Assembly (NCBI GenBank): GCA_043747615.1
Contig: JAYTOU010000031.1
Span: 1-64,000, forward strand
DNA length: 64,000 bases
DNA from: Myxococcales bacterium
GTDB taxonomy: Bacteria > Myxococcota_A > Polyangia > Polyangiales > Polyangiaceae
Reading direction: 5' to 3'
Positions within the stretch are counted from its first letter, which is position 1. Each line of letters begins with the position of its first letter. Below, piece by piece: positions 36,644 to 46,376 of this stretch. A program made the position numbers and the translations under genes. Under the pieces are notes generated by a model, which had not been told where the DNA came from, ran no database searches, and saw nothing but the letters and a program-made list of their open reading frames with translations.

Positions 36644-37872
36644 TTGAGCACCTCCGGGGCAAGCTGGGCGAGGGTGTATTTCAGCCCAAGATCAGTGTCT
36701 TCGTCGCAGATTCGCTTGTCCCCGAGGAACATCTGGGGCGTGGAGACCGGGATGTGATTGTTCGATGCATAGTGCAAGTGTTGGTTGAGCTTGATGGTCG
36801 TGGCCTTGCTCGCCGCGCACGCCGCGATCTCTTTTCCGAATTTATCGGACACCCGCTTTTCGAGGCCCGCGCGATCCTTCTTGCCCACCTCGCGTAGGTC
36901 TTCTTGGTTTTCGTACGCCCACTCCAGGACGGCCCGGGACTGATTGCCGCCACAGAGGACTGCCCGGGAGAGCTCGCAGGCGCCGGGATGAAGAGAGCGA
37001 TCGATCATCCAATTGCAGTCGCTGTCGAGGGGGAACATGACCAGCGTCACATCGAGTCGCTCGAACACGCCTTCGTCCACCAGGCGCTCGTGGAACGCTT
37101 TGCACGTAGGGCAGAGAGGATCTTCGAAGAGCGTCACCGGCTGCACCGGCCGCGTGGTCGGAATCTTCAAAAGAGCGTTGTGGCTCTCGGTCGTGAGCGC
37201 GAGCTTCCCGCAGCTCGCGAGGAGCGGCTTGTAGTCGGGCAGTGACCACAAGTAGACGTACGCGGGGAGGAGCGCAGCGAGCGCCAGCACCGGCACGAGC
37301 GCGAGGGGCCCGAGCCAGCCCGCTTCCTGGACCTCCACCTCGGTGGGGCCGCGCGCGTCGATGGCTCGTTCGTCTTTGCGCGCGTAGTGACGGAGGGCGA
37401 GGATGCTCGCCACCAGCAGAAGGGTGGACGAAAAGTAAATGCCCACACACACCTTGCAGAATACATGCAATCGGGTGAGCGAGATGAAGAACATAAAGAG
37501 AGAGGCCAGAAACGGCGTCGCCCCGAGCACTCCGAAGATCGCGTACGCCTTCCGCGGAGCCCGCCCGCGCGACAGAAGAAGGTAGAGAGCGAAGCCGGCA
37601 AAAAAGCTGAAAGCGCCGAGTGCGAAGACGGAGATCGGAAGGCCGCCCCAGTACGTCTCGCGGAAGATCGCCGAGTAGGGACTAAAGAGCGCTGTCTTGC
37701 ATGCGTTGTCCGCCTCGCCTGAAACGGGGGCTCCCGGAATGAAGCTGCAGTGCACTGCGTGGATCTGACGATCGAGGTGCTGCGCGTAGTCGTAGGTCGA
37801 GTACGCCGCGAACGTCAGCCCGAGGAGCGCGGCGACGAGAGCCAGGATGGCGAGGTTTCGAGTGGATTGCAT
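36640..37872 (-). CDS. VKOR domain fused to a DsbA-like thioredoxin
   Basis: Loop Cys pair with SPYS, membrane CKVC; C-terminal CPTC and STPQMFL cis-Pro motif. Confidence 0.85.
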   Translation of the reverse strand: MQSTRNLAILALVAALLGLTFAAYSTYDYAQHLDRQIHAVHCSFIPGAPVSGEADNACKTALFSPYSAIFRETYWGGLPISVFALGAFSFFAGFALYLLLSRGRAPRKAYAIFGVLGATPFLASLFMFFISLTRLHVFCKVCVGIYFSSTLLLVASILALRHYARKDERAIDARGPTEVEVQEAGWLGPLALVPVLALAALLPAYVYLWSLPDYKPLLASCGKLALTTESHNALLKIPTTRPVQPVTLFEDPLCPTCKAFHERLVDEGVFERLDVTLVMFPLDSDCNWMIDRSLHPGACELSRAVLCGGNQSRAVLEWAYENQEDLREVGKKDRAGLEKRVSDKFGKEIAACAASKATTIKLNQHLHYASNNHIPVSTPQMFLGDKRICDEDTDLGLKYTLAQLAPEVLK

Positions 37873-37928
37873 GTCGTCACGCTCCGTATACTCCCGCCGT
37901 CAGCCCGGGCGTAGTCTAAGCTCGCCTC

Positions 37929-38384
37929 ATGCAGATTGCGCTCGCGGCCGATCACGCTGGTTACGCCCTCAAGGAAGAACTGTTCACCGAGCTGTCCCGC
38001 GCGGGGCACGTCGTCCTCAACCTGGGCACGAACGATCCGAGCGTGCCCTCCGACTACCCTGATTTTGCCGTGCTGGTGTGCGAAGCGGTGCGCGCGGGGC
38101 AGGCGGAGCGAGGCATCCTCGTGTGCGGGAGCGGCGTTGGCGTGTCCGTCGCCGCCAACAAGATTTCGCGAATTCGCGCTGGTCTCTGCCACGACACCTA
38201 CTCGGCCCATCAGGGCGTCGAGCACGACGACATGAACGTCCTCTGCATCGGGTCGCGCATCATCGGCCCCGCGCTTGCCAAGGAAATCGTCCAGGCCTTC
38301 GTCGGGGCGCGATTTACCGCCGAGGAACGCCACGAGCGTCGCCTGAACAAGGTGAAAGCGATCGAAGCACGGTTCATGGGCTGA
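37929..38384 (+). CDS. rpiB: Ribose-5-phosphate isomerase B
   Basis: DHAG, DYPD, CGSGVG, ANK, RHERR. Confidence 0.95.
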   Translation: MQIALAADHAGYALKEELFTELSRAGHVVLNLGTNDPSVPSDYPDFAVLVCEAVRAGQAERGILVCGSGVGVSVAANKISRIRAGLCHDTYSAHQGVEHDDMNVLCIGSRIIGPALAKEIVQAFVGARFTAEERHERRLNKVKAIEARFMG

Positions 38385-38388
38385 CGGA

Positions 38389-39543
38389 GTGTCCCTCTCT
38401 CGCCTCATCGTCTTTCTGTCGTTCGTCCTCACCATCGACGTTGGCTTGCATTACTTCGTGTGGGCTCGCTTGGTGCGCGACACGGCCTTGGACGCCCCGT
38501 ACGCCCGGATCGCCAGCGCCGCCCTCTTCGTCCTCGCTTGCCTCATTCCGATCGCGCTCATCGTCGGGCGAAGCGCGCCGCGTGTCGTCGCCGCTCCGCT
38601 GGCGTGGGCGGCCTACGTGTGGCTCGGGTTTCTCTTTTTTCTATTTTTTCTTCTACTGCCCTTGGAGCTCGTGCGCCTCGGAGCCTTCGTCGCCGGCAAG
38701 CCGAGCGACCCCGAGCGCAGGGAATTTTTCGCGCGCGTCCTCGGCATTTTCGCGGCGGCGGGCACCGTCGTGATGGGGAGCGCGGGCCTCTACTACGGCC
38801 TCCGGCAGGTGCCGATCAAGCGGGTGACCGTGCCTCTCGCGAAATTTCCAAAAGCCCTCTCCGGCTACACGATCGTGCAGCTCACCGACGTGCACGTCGG
38901 GCCTACGATCGGGCGCGACTTCATCGACGATCTAGTCTCCCGCACGAACGCGCTTACTCCAGACCTCATAGCGATCACCGGCGATCTCGTGGATGGATCG
39001 GTCGAAGACCTCGGGCCGCTCCTGGCCTCTGTCGGGAAGCTCCGCGCGAAGGACGGCGTGTACTTCGTGACCGGCAACCACGAGTACTACTCCGGCGCCG
39101 ACGCGTGGATTGCCCATCTGGGCAAGCTCGGGATCCGCGTGCTCCGGAACGAGCACCTCGCCATCCGCGGGGCAGAGGGCTTCGATCTCGCGGGCGTCGA
39201 CGACGCCACGGCACATCAGTTCGGAAACGGCCACGGCATGGACGTGAAGCGCGCGCTCGAAGGCCGCGATCCCGCGCGTGCGCTCGTCCTCCTCGCGCAC
39301 CAGCCGAAGGCCATCGTCGATGCCGCCCTCCACGGCGCGGATTTGCAGCTCTCCGGCCACACCCACGGCGGCCAAATCTTTCCCTGGAACGTCGTGGTCA
39401 AGCTCGACCAGCCGTACGTGGCCGGGCTTCACGTGCACGAAGGAACGACGATCTACGTGAGCTGCGGAACGGGTTACTGGGGGCCACCCATGCGCCTCGG
39501 TTCCCCCGCGGAGATCACCCGCATCGAGCTTATTTCAGGGTGA
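38389..39543 (+). CDS. Membrane metallophosphoesterase (YkuE/YaeI-like)
   Basis: N-terminal TM helices, TDVHVG, TGDLVD, GNHE, LAHQP, SGHTHGGQ. Confidence 0.92.
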   Translation: MSLSRLIVFLSFVLTIDVGLHYFVWARLVRDTALDAPYARIASAALFVLACLIPIALIVGRSAPRVVAAPLAWAAYVWLGFLFFLFFLLLPLELVRLGAFVAGKPSDPERREFFARVLGIFAAAGTVVMGSAGLYYGLRQVPIKRVTVPLAKFPKALSGYTIVQLTDVHVGPTIGRDFIDDLVSRTNALTPDLIAITGDLVDGSVEDLGPLLASVGKLRAKDGVYFVTGNHEYYSGADAWIAHLGKLGIRVLRNEHLAIRGAEGFDLAGVDDATAHQFGNGHGMDVKRALEGRDPARALVLLAHQPKAIVDAALHGADLQLSGHTHGGQIFPWNVVVKLDQPYVAGLHVHEGTTIYVSCGTGYWGPPMRLGSPAEITRIELISG

Positions 39544-39564
39544 AAAGAGCGTGCGCAGCGGGCG

Positions 39565-41418
39565 TTACCAACCGCACTTCTGGCCCTTGTTCTGCTCCTT
39601 CAGAAAAGCGCTGAGCGGCGCGAAGTACTCGAGGAGCGCAGCGGCGTCGGCGGATTTTCCATCGCCCATGGCGTCGAGCGCCTCCGGCCACGGCTTGCTC
39701 GCACCCATTGACAACATGGCCATCAGCTTCGCCCCGGCCGCTTTGTTTCCGTAGATGGAGCACTTGTCGAGGGACTCTTTGCTGCCGGCCGCTTTGCAAA
39801 GCGCGCGGTGGAATTGGAACTGGTAGATGCGCGCGAGAAAGTAGCGCACGTACGGCGTGCTCGACGGCACGTGAAATTTCGCGCCCGGATCGAAATCCGC
39901 TTCGGTGCGTGCGACGGGTGCGGCGACGCCCTGGTACTTCTTTCGCAGCTCCCACCAGGCCGCGTTGTACTTCTCTTTCGGCGTCTTGCCGGAGAGGACA
40001 TCCCAGCGCCACTTGTCGATGAGGAGCCCAAACGGCAGGAAGGCCACCTTCTCGAGTGCCATCTTCATTTGCTGATTGATCCGCGCCTTGTCGTTGTCGG
40101 GCACGGTGTCGAGGAGGCCGACGCCCTTTAGGTACGTCGGGGTCACGCTGAGGGCGAGGGTGTCGCCGATCCCCTCGTGGAAGCCGTCGTTCGCCCCTTG
40201 CTGGAAGAGCATGGGGAGCTTGTAATACTGGTGGAAGTAGTAGTCATGGCCGAGCTCGTGGTGGATCGTGATGAGATCCTCCTCCGTCGGTTCGAGGCAA
40301 ACCTTCACACGCAGATCGTTGTTCCAGCTCGGGTCCCATGCGCTGGCGTGACAGACCACTTCGCGGTCGCGCGGCTTGTTGAAGAGTGAGCGCTCCCAGA
40401 ACGTGGCCGGGAGAGGATCGAAGCCGAGCGAGGTAAAGAAGGACTCGCCGAGCTTGGTCATCTTCACCGAGTCGTACTTTTTTTCCTTGAGCTTCTTGCT
40501 CACGTCGAGGCTCGGCTGTCCTTTGTACGGCTCGACCACGTCGTAGATGTTGTTCCACTCCTGAGCCCACATGTTGCCGAGGAGGTGGGCGGGGATCGGC
40601 GCGCCCTCGGGGACTTTGTCCTTCCCGTATTTCTCCTGGAGCTTGCCGCGCACGTAGCAATGAAGCTCGTCGTAGAGCGGCTTCACCTGCTGCCAGAGGC
40701 GCTCGATCTCCTTCTCGAAATTTTCGGGAGGCATGTCGTAGCCCGCGCGCCACAGGGCTCCCATGTCGTCGAAGCCGATCTCTTTTGCGCCCTTGTTCCC
40801 GAGCTCGACGTAGCGCGCGTACCTGTCCTTGATGGCCGGCGCGGTGGAGTGCCATCCCGTCCATGCATCGAGGAGCTCGTCGTATTTGCGGCTCCCGGCC
40901 AGGGTCTTCGAGAGGTCGCCGAGGGTGAGGCACTTTCCGTCGAGACGCGGCGGGCAGTATTTTCCTTTGCCGTACGCGCTCATCATTCCCACTTCGATTG
41001 CCGCGAGCTCCTCCCGCTCCTTGGCATCGGTCGGGGCTGGCACCGTCTGAGACAGCTTCAAGAGCAAGAATTGCCGCGCGAGCTCGTCGGGCATCTTGAG
41101 CTTCGCGAACTTCTGGGCGTCTTTGATCGTTCGCGTGATGTACTCCGCCGTCGCCTCTTCACCCGCTGCGCCCAGCGCTTCGGTGTCGTCGGTGATGAAG
41201 TTCTCGTTCACCCACATCGCTCGATCGCGCGCCACCCAAAGGCGACGCAGATCCTTGTCGACCTGAGTCATGAACTTCTGCGCTTCCTCCACCGTGGGCG
41301 CGGCCGTCAGCGCGGCATCGACCGCAGGCTCGGTCACCGGCTCTTTTTTTTCATCGCAGGCGAGCGGCAACCACAGAAAAACAAGCGGAGCGAGAAATCC
41401 AAGCGGCGAGCGTCTCAT
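39565..41418 (-). CDS. M2 metallopeptidase (ACE-like peptidyl-dipeptidase) lipoprotein
   Basis: HLLGNMWAQ, CHASAWD, HHELGH, GANDGFHEGIGD, FDPGAKFH, YVRYF. Confidence 0.95.
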   Translation of the reverse strand: MRRSPLGFLAPLVFLWLPLACDEKKEPVTEPAVDAALTAAPTVEEAQKFMTQVDKDLRRLWVARDRAMWVNENFITDDTEALGAAGEEATAEYITRTIKDAQKFAKLKMPDELARQFLLLKLSQTVPAPTDAKEREELAAIEVGMMSAYGKGKYCPPRLDGKCLTLGDLSKTLAGSRKYDELLDAWTGWHSTAPAIKDRYARYVELGNKGAKEIGFDDMGALWRAGYDMPPENFEKEIERLWQQVKPLYDELHCYVRGKLQEKYGKDKVPEGAPIPAHLLGNMWAQEWNNIYDVVEPYKGQPSLDVSKKLKEKKYDSVKMTKLGESFFTSLGFDPLPATFWERSLFNKPRDREVVCHASAWDPSWNNDLRVKVCLEPTEEDLITIHHELGHDYYFHQYYKLPMLFQQGANDGFHEGIGDTLALSVTPTYLKGVGLLDTVPDNDKARINQQMKMALEKVAFLPFGLLIDKWRWDVLSGKTPKEKYNAAWWELRKKYQGVAAPVARTEADFDPGAKFHVPSSTPYVRYFLARIYQFQFHRALCKAAGSKESLDKCSIYGNKAAGAKLMAMLSMGASKPWPEALDAMGDGKSADAAALLEYFAPLSAFLKEQNKGQKCGW

Positions 41419-41519
41419 GCGGCGCTTCTACCATCGCGCGGCCGAGAGATCATCCACTACATGGGAGCGCCACACCGACCCCGAGACCGCGCGTTACAGC
41501 CTGGCGCGTCGCTCGCGCG

Positions 41520-41695
41520 GGTGAGCTTAGTCCAGCGGTTGAAGGCACGGAAGAAGGCGCTCGGCTCCGAGAATTCAAGCAAGAACGAGATTTCTGCAAA
41601 TGACATTCCCTGGCCCCCGTAGTGGTCGGCAAGATCGCGTCGCGTCGCGGACGGAGGACGAGCAAAGGAACGCGCGCCTCCTTGGCGAGGTGACG
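41520..41695 (-). pseudogene. Remnant of an AraC-family regulator (C-terminal HTH only)
   Basis: TRRDLADHY..MSFAEISFLLEFSEPSAFFRAFNRWT matches the AraC second HTH; no start or sensor domain; upstream HLAKE lies in another frame. Confidence 0.75.
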
Positions 41696-41730
41696 GGGAA
41701 GAAAAAGAGCCGTTGATGTACGTTGGCACC

Positions 41731-43203
41731 ATGACGATGCAAACCGAGCATGTGCCCGAGTCGACGATCAAATCCGCCGGTCCGGTGAACGCGGGCACGA
41801 TCGCGTCGATGGCCGCGATCCTGACGAAGATGAAGGACGCGCAGCGCGCTGCGGGCGCTCCCACGTACGAGCAGCGGATCGCCTCGCTCGACAAGCTCGA
41901 GAAGATGATCCTCGCGAACAAGAACGCGTTCGCCGACGCGATCAGCAAGGACTTCGGAAATCGCTCTCGCCACGAGACGATGGTCGGCGAGGTGTTCATC
42001 ATCCAGAGCGAGATTCAGCACGCGCGCGATCACCTGCGCGACTGGATGGAGACCGAATCTCGAGAGGTGAAGTGGACGTTCATGCCCGCGCGCGCCGAGG
42101 TCATCATGCAGCCGCTCGGCGTGGTGGGGATCATCTCGCCGTGGAACTATCCGATGCAGCTCGCGCTCGCTCCGCTGGTGGGGGCTCTCGCCGCTGGGAA
42201 TCGCGCGATGCTCAAGCCTTCTGAGTACGTGCCGGCGACCGCGGCGCTCCTCGCCAAGACGCTTGGTGAGACGTTTGGTCCGGCGGAGGTGGCGGTGGTC
42301 ACCGGCGGACCGGAGCTCGGCGAAGCGTTCGCCAAGCTCCCTTTCGATCATCTCGTATTCACCGGATCCACCGCGGTCGGACGGATCGTCATGCGGGCCG
42401 CGAGCGACAACCTCACGCCGGTCACCCTCGAGCTCGGAGGAAAATCGCCTGCCATCGTGAGCGCGGATTTCGGTGTCGCCGAGGCCGCAAAGCGGATCAT
42501 GCTCGGCAAGCTTTTCAACGCTGGCCAGACCTGCATCGCCCCGGACTACGTCTTCGTCCCCGAGGGGCAGGTCGATGCCTTCGTGGAAGCCTGCAAAGCC
42601 GCGGCGACGAAGATGTACCCGCAGCTCGCAGCGAACGTGGACTACACGTCGATCGTGAACGCCCGGCATTACGATCGCTTAAAGCGCGTCGTCGACGATG
42701 CGCGCGACAAGGGGGCGAAGATCGTGGAGATCAACCCCGCGAACGAAGACCTCGCCGCCGACAAGCGAAAGCTCGCGCCGACCATTGTCATCAACCCCAC
42801 CGAGGAGATGATCGTGATGCAGGACGAGATCTTCGGCCCCATTCTCCCCGTGATGACCTACACGAAGCTCGACGAAGCGATCGCGTACGTGAACGACCAC
42901 CCGCGCCCGCTCGCGCTCTATTTTTTCGGTCACGATCAGGGCGAGGTCGATCGGGTGCTCGAGACGACCACGTCTGGCGGGGTGTCGATCAACGAGACGA
43001 TGATGCACTGCGCCCAGGACGCGCTCCCGTTCGGGGGCGTCGGAGCGAGCGGGATGGGCCATTACCACGGCCGCGAAGGCTTCGATTCGTTCACGAAGAA
43101 GAAGCCCGTTTTTTATCAGGCACGCCTCAACACGACCGGACTGCTGCGCCCCCCGTACGGAAAGATGATCGACACCTTCTTGAAGTTCATGCTCGGCAGG
43201 TAG
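41731..43203 (+). CDS. Aldehyde dehydrogenase, coniferyl-aldehyde (CalB/ALDH3)-like
   Basis: PWNYP, FTGS, LELGGKSP, NAGQTCIAPDY, EIFGP, PFGGVGASGMG. Confidence 0.92.
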   Translation: MTMQTEHVPESTIKSAGPVNAGTIASMAAILTKMKDAQRAAGAPTYEQRIASLDKLEKMILANKNAFADAISKDFGNRSRHETMVGEVFIIQSEIQHARDHLRDWMETESREVKWTFMPARAEVIMQPLGVVGIISPWNYPMQLALAPLVGALAAGNRAMLKPSEYVPATAALLAKTLGETFGPAEVAVVTGGPELGEAFAKLPFDHLVFTGSTAVGRIVMRAASDNLTPVTLELGGKSPAIVSADFGVAEAAKRIMLGKLFNAGQTCIAPDYVFVPEGQVDAFVEACKAAATKMYPQLAANVDYTSIVNARHYDRLKRVVDDARDKGAKIVEINPANEDLAADKRKLAPTIVINPTEEMIVMQDEIFGPILPVMTYTKLDEAIAYVNDHPRPLALYFFGHDQGEVDRVLETTTSGGVSINETMMHCAQDALPFGGVGASGMGHYHGREGFDSFTKKKPVFYQARLNTTGLLRPPYGKMIDTFLKFMLGR

Positions 43204-43286
43204 GCGCGCGTCACGGGGCCGTCATGTCCTGTCATCTCTTGGGGGCTGCTCTTGTTCGAGCGCGTGAGCAAGCTCACCATTAATCG

Positions 43287-44741
43287 GTGAAACAGGTCTC
43301 CAACGCCCCCAAGGAGAGCTTGCTCGTCCTGTCGGACGTGCATCTCGGGAGTGATCTGAACGAGCATGCGCGCGTCACGGGCGTCGGCCGTCGCTCGAAG
43401 AGTGTCGATCACGATCTGGTGATGCTCCTGCGTCATTACCGGCAGACGAAGCCTTTGGGCGCGAGCTGGAGGATCGTCATCGCGGGTGACTTCATCGACT
43501 TCATTGGAATGTCGATTCCTCCCTCAGGGGAAGACCTGTCGACGGAGCCGAGCGCAGAGGAGCTTGAGCACGGCCTCGGCAACTCCTCGGATCACGCGCG
43601 GATCAAGCTCCGCAAGGTGGCCGAGCGTCACCGCGAGGTCTTCACGGCGCTCGCATCGTTCGTCGCAGAGGGGCACGCGCTCACCATCGTGCACGGCAAT
43701 CACGATCTCGAGTTTCACTGGGACGTCGTAAAGGACGAGCTTCGCAAGCAGCTCCACCAGTCGCTCGAGCCCGGGCTAGCGATCAGTCAAGCTGAGCTCT
43801 CCTCGCGCATCGAGTTCAATCCTTGGTTCTTCTACGTGAACGGCGTCGCGTACATCGAGCACGGACACCAGTACGATCCGTTCTGCGCGACGGACCACAT
43901 CATGTCGCCGCTCTCTCCGCTCGATCCGCGGCGGGCGGCGCGGGGCTTCTGCGACATATTGCTGCGCTTCGTGGTGCGTCCCACCAAAGGAATGAAAGAG
44001 TACGGACACGAGCACCTCGGGATCGTCGATTACCTCGCGTTCGGTGTGAACCTCGGCCTCGGGGGAATGCTCAAGCTCGGGATGCGTTACGGAAGTGCCG
44101 TGCGCGAGCTTCTCCGCTTGCGGCGAGGCTACTTCAGCGAGGCGACGAAGGCTCTCAAGGTCGAGCACGAGCGGCTCGTCGCCACCCTCGGCGAAAAGAC
44201 GCGTATCGGGCTCGATCGCCTCCGTGCCGTCATGGCCCTTCAGTCTCCGCCGATCACGCGCACCATCAGCGGGATCCTGGCGAGCCTCCTGCTCGACAAG
44301 CTTGCTCTCGCCGTCTTGTCGCTCGTGGCGCTCCTCATCGTCGGACTGGTCGGGGTCCGTCACGGGCGCGTGTGGTACGCGGCAATAGCCATTGCAGGAG
44401 CCTGGGGGTTCTTCCACTGGTACCTCGGCAGCAAGCGAAAGGTCGATCCGGCCGACGAGCTCATCGAGCGTGCGGGACGCCTAGCGAAGCTTTTTCCAGC
44501 GGCGTTCGTGGTCATGGGGCACACCCACATCCCAGTCAAAGTGGCGGTCAACCAAGGCCAGCTCGAAGGGCAGGCGACCTACATCAACCTGGGATCGTGG
44601 GCCGAAGAAGAAGAGGCAACGGTGCCCGACGCGCAGGCCGCGCGCACACACCTCGTCATTCACCCCGGTGAATCGGGAGCCGTCGCCGAGTTCCTGAAGT
44701 GGGACTCGACCGCTGGACCGCGCGCGTTCGTCGCCGGCTGA
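43287..44741 (+). CDS. Calcineurin-like metallophosphoesterase with an inserted TM hairpin
   Basis: SDVHLG, GDFID, GNHD, EHGH, then two TM helices before GHTH and NLGSW. Confidence 0.85.
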   Translation: MKQVSNAPKESLLVLSDVHLGSDLNEHARVTGVGRRSKSVDHDLVMLLRHYRQTKPLGASWRIVIAGDFIDFIGMSIPPSGEDLSTEPSAEELEHGLGNSSDHARIKLRKVAERHREVFTALASFVAEGHALTIVHGNHDLEFHWDVVKDELRKQLHQSLEPGLAISQAELSSRIEFNPWFFYVNGVAYIEHGHQYDPFCATDHIMSPLSPLDPRRAARGFCDILLRFVVRPTKGMKEYGHEHLGIVDYLAFGVNLGLGGMLKLGMRYGSAVRELLRLRRGYFSEATKALKVEHERLVATLGEKTRIGLDRLRAVMALQSPPITRTISGILASLLLDKLALAVLSLVALLIVGLVGVRHGRVWYAAIAIAGAWGFFHWYLGSKRKVDPADELIERAGRLAKLFPAAFVVMGHTHIPVKVAVNQGQLEGQATYINLGSWAEEEEATVPDAQAARTHLVIHPGESGAVAEFLKWDSTAGPRAFVAG

Positions 44742-44742
44742 G

Positions 44743-45267
44743 TCAGCTGCTTAGAAGCGCTTCGAAGAGGACTTCTACGAGCCCGAGCCCGACGTCGATA
44801 GCAACGCCTGCGGCCACGCTCGTCGCCACGTCGCCGGCCGACAGCCCATCGTCTTTTACCGCGTAGTGTGCGTCGGCGGCGGTGATGAGGTGCGTGCGGT
44901 CCTCCCGTGTTTTTCGGGTGGCGGCGAAAGCGCGCACCACGGATTGGAGCTCTCCACGGTCGAACCACGTTCCATGTAGATTGCATGTATCGAGGGAGAG
45001 CGCCGCCCCATCGACCCTGACCCCCTGCATATCTTTGCGGCACACCGGGCAGCGCGGCCGAGCCTCGTGCGGAGGAAACGGCATCGTGGCCATCAGGGAT
45101 GCGGCGTCGGCGAGCGACACGAACGACGGGTCGATCGCGGTGACGACCTGCTGGGACGCGGCCGCGTCGAGCCACACTCCTCCGCACGAGGCGCAGCCAA
45201 AGACCGCGGCAGATACGGCTCGCCCCGCGACGAGGGTGCATCCGCAATGGGGGCAGGTTAAATCCAT
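44743..45267 (-). CDS. Double zf-TFIIB-type zinc ribbon protein
   Basis: CPHC, CASCGGVWLD, CPVC, CNLHGTWFDRGEL. Confidence 0.8.
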   Translation of the reverse strand: MDLTCPHCGCTLVAGRAVSAAVFGCASCGGVWLDAAASQQVVTAIDPSFVSLADAASLMATMPFPPHEARPRCPVCRKDMQGVRVDGAALSLDTCNLHGTWFDRGELQSVVRAFAATRKTREDRTHLITAADAHYAVKDDGLSAGDVATSVAAGVAIDVGLGLVEVLFEALLSS

Positions 45268-45269
45268 CG

Positions 45270-46355
45270 TCAGACGAGCCCGGCGGCGGCGCGGTCCAGG
45301 AACTCGTCGAGAGCCCCGAGGAGCTCGCGATTCCCGTCCTGCTCGTAGAATGCCAAGTTTTTCTCGCACTCCGGGACGACCTTCAAGAAGTCTTCGACCA
45401 CCCGCGGATCGCTCAGGGTCGTCGCCTCGCGACCGAAGCCAGCACGCTCGAGGTACCGCGCGTTGAGCACTTGCTCGAACTGCCCGCGAAGAGGAACGGC
45501 GAGCATCGGTTTTTTGAGGAACACCGCCTCGCCCATGAGGGTGAAGCCGCCGCCTGCGATGACTGCGCGCGCCGAGGCCAGGTCGGCGATGAAACCGTCC
45601 TCGCTGAACGCACGAAAGTGAAGGTTGCCTTCGACGACCTCCTCTTTGATGTCGCGCTTCATCCCGTAGATCCTGCACTCCTGTCCCGTTTGCGCGAGCG
45701 TTGCCTCGAGCGTGTCGTTGCCTTCCGCCGTCTGGTAGACGAGCAAGTGGTCGCCGCGCACCGGCTTCGCACGTGCGATTTCCGGCCGCAGGATCGGCGG
45801 GAAAAGCCTTGTTTTTGGCTTGCGAATCGTCGGCCGAAAAAACGTGGTGATGAAGTACTCGTTACAGAACGGCAGCTTCGCCTTCACGAACCCGCGCGCC
45901 ACCTGAAAGTCCGCGTGGTTGTCCTTGAGGATCGCTTCGTCGTGCGTGCAACGATTGATGATCTGCATGTTGTCGATGGAAAGGATCGGAAGACGATGCG
46001 TCTTGGCATAGAGGTACGTCCACGACTCGAAATCACTGATTACCAGTTGGGGGCGAAACTCCGTGATCAGATCGAAATAAGCGGCAATGTTCTTGGGAAC
46101 CCCCGCCACTCCGGAGATGGCGTTCGAGGCGATCGTCTTTCCCAGGCGCATTTGGTTCTCTTCGTAGATCATGTGAAGACCGTGGATCCGATTCACCCCT
46201 TCGAATCGCTTCGCGAGGAACTCGGTCGCTCGCCCCGAGGCCATGATGTGGACCTCGTGCTTCTGTGCCACCAGATGCTCGAGGACAACGCGCGAACGCA
46301 TCGCGTGCCCCATCCCTTCGCCCACCACGCCGTAGAGGATCTTCACGGCGACCAT
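45270..46355 (-). CDS. GT-B glycosyltransferase, MJ1255/VC2487-like
   Basis: ILYGVVGEGMGHAMRS, VISDFE, GGFTLMGEA, QFEQVLNA. Confidence 0.88.
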   Translation of the reverse strand: MVAVKILYGVVGEGMGHAMRSRVVLEHLVAQKHEVHIMASGRATEFLAKRFEGVNRIHGLHMIYEENQMRLGKTIASNAISGVAGVPKNIAAYFDLITEFRPQLVISDFESWTYLYAKTHRLPILSIDNMQIINRCTHDEAILKDNHADFQVARGFVKAKLPFCNEYFITTFFRPTIRKPKTRLFPPILRPEIARAKPVRGDHLLVYQTAEGNDTLEATLAQTGQECRIYGMKRDIKEEVVEGNLHFRAFSEDGFIADLASARAVIAGGGFTLMGEAVFLKKPMLAVPLRGQFEQVLNARYLERAGFGREATTLSDPRVVEDFLKVVPECEKNLAFYEQDGNRELLGALDEFLDRAAAGLV

Positions 46356-46376
46356 GCTAGCGCGGAAGATAGCTGA

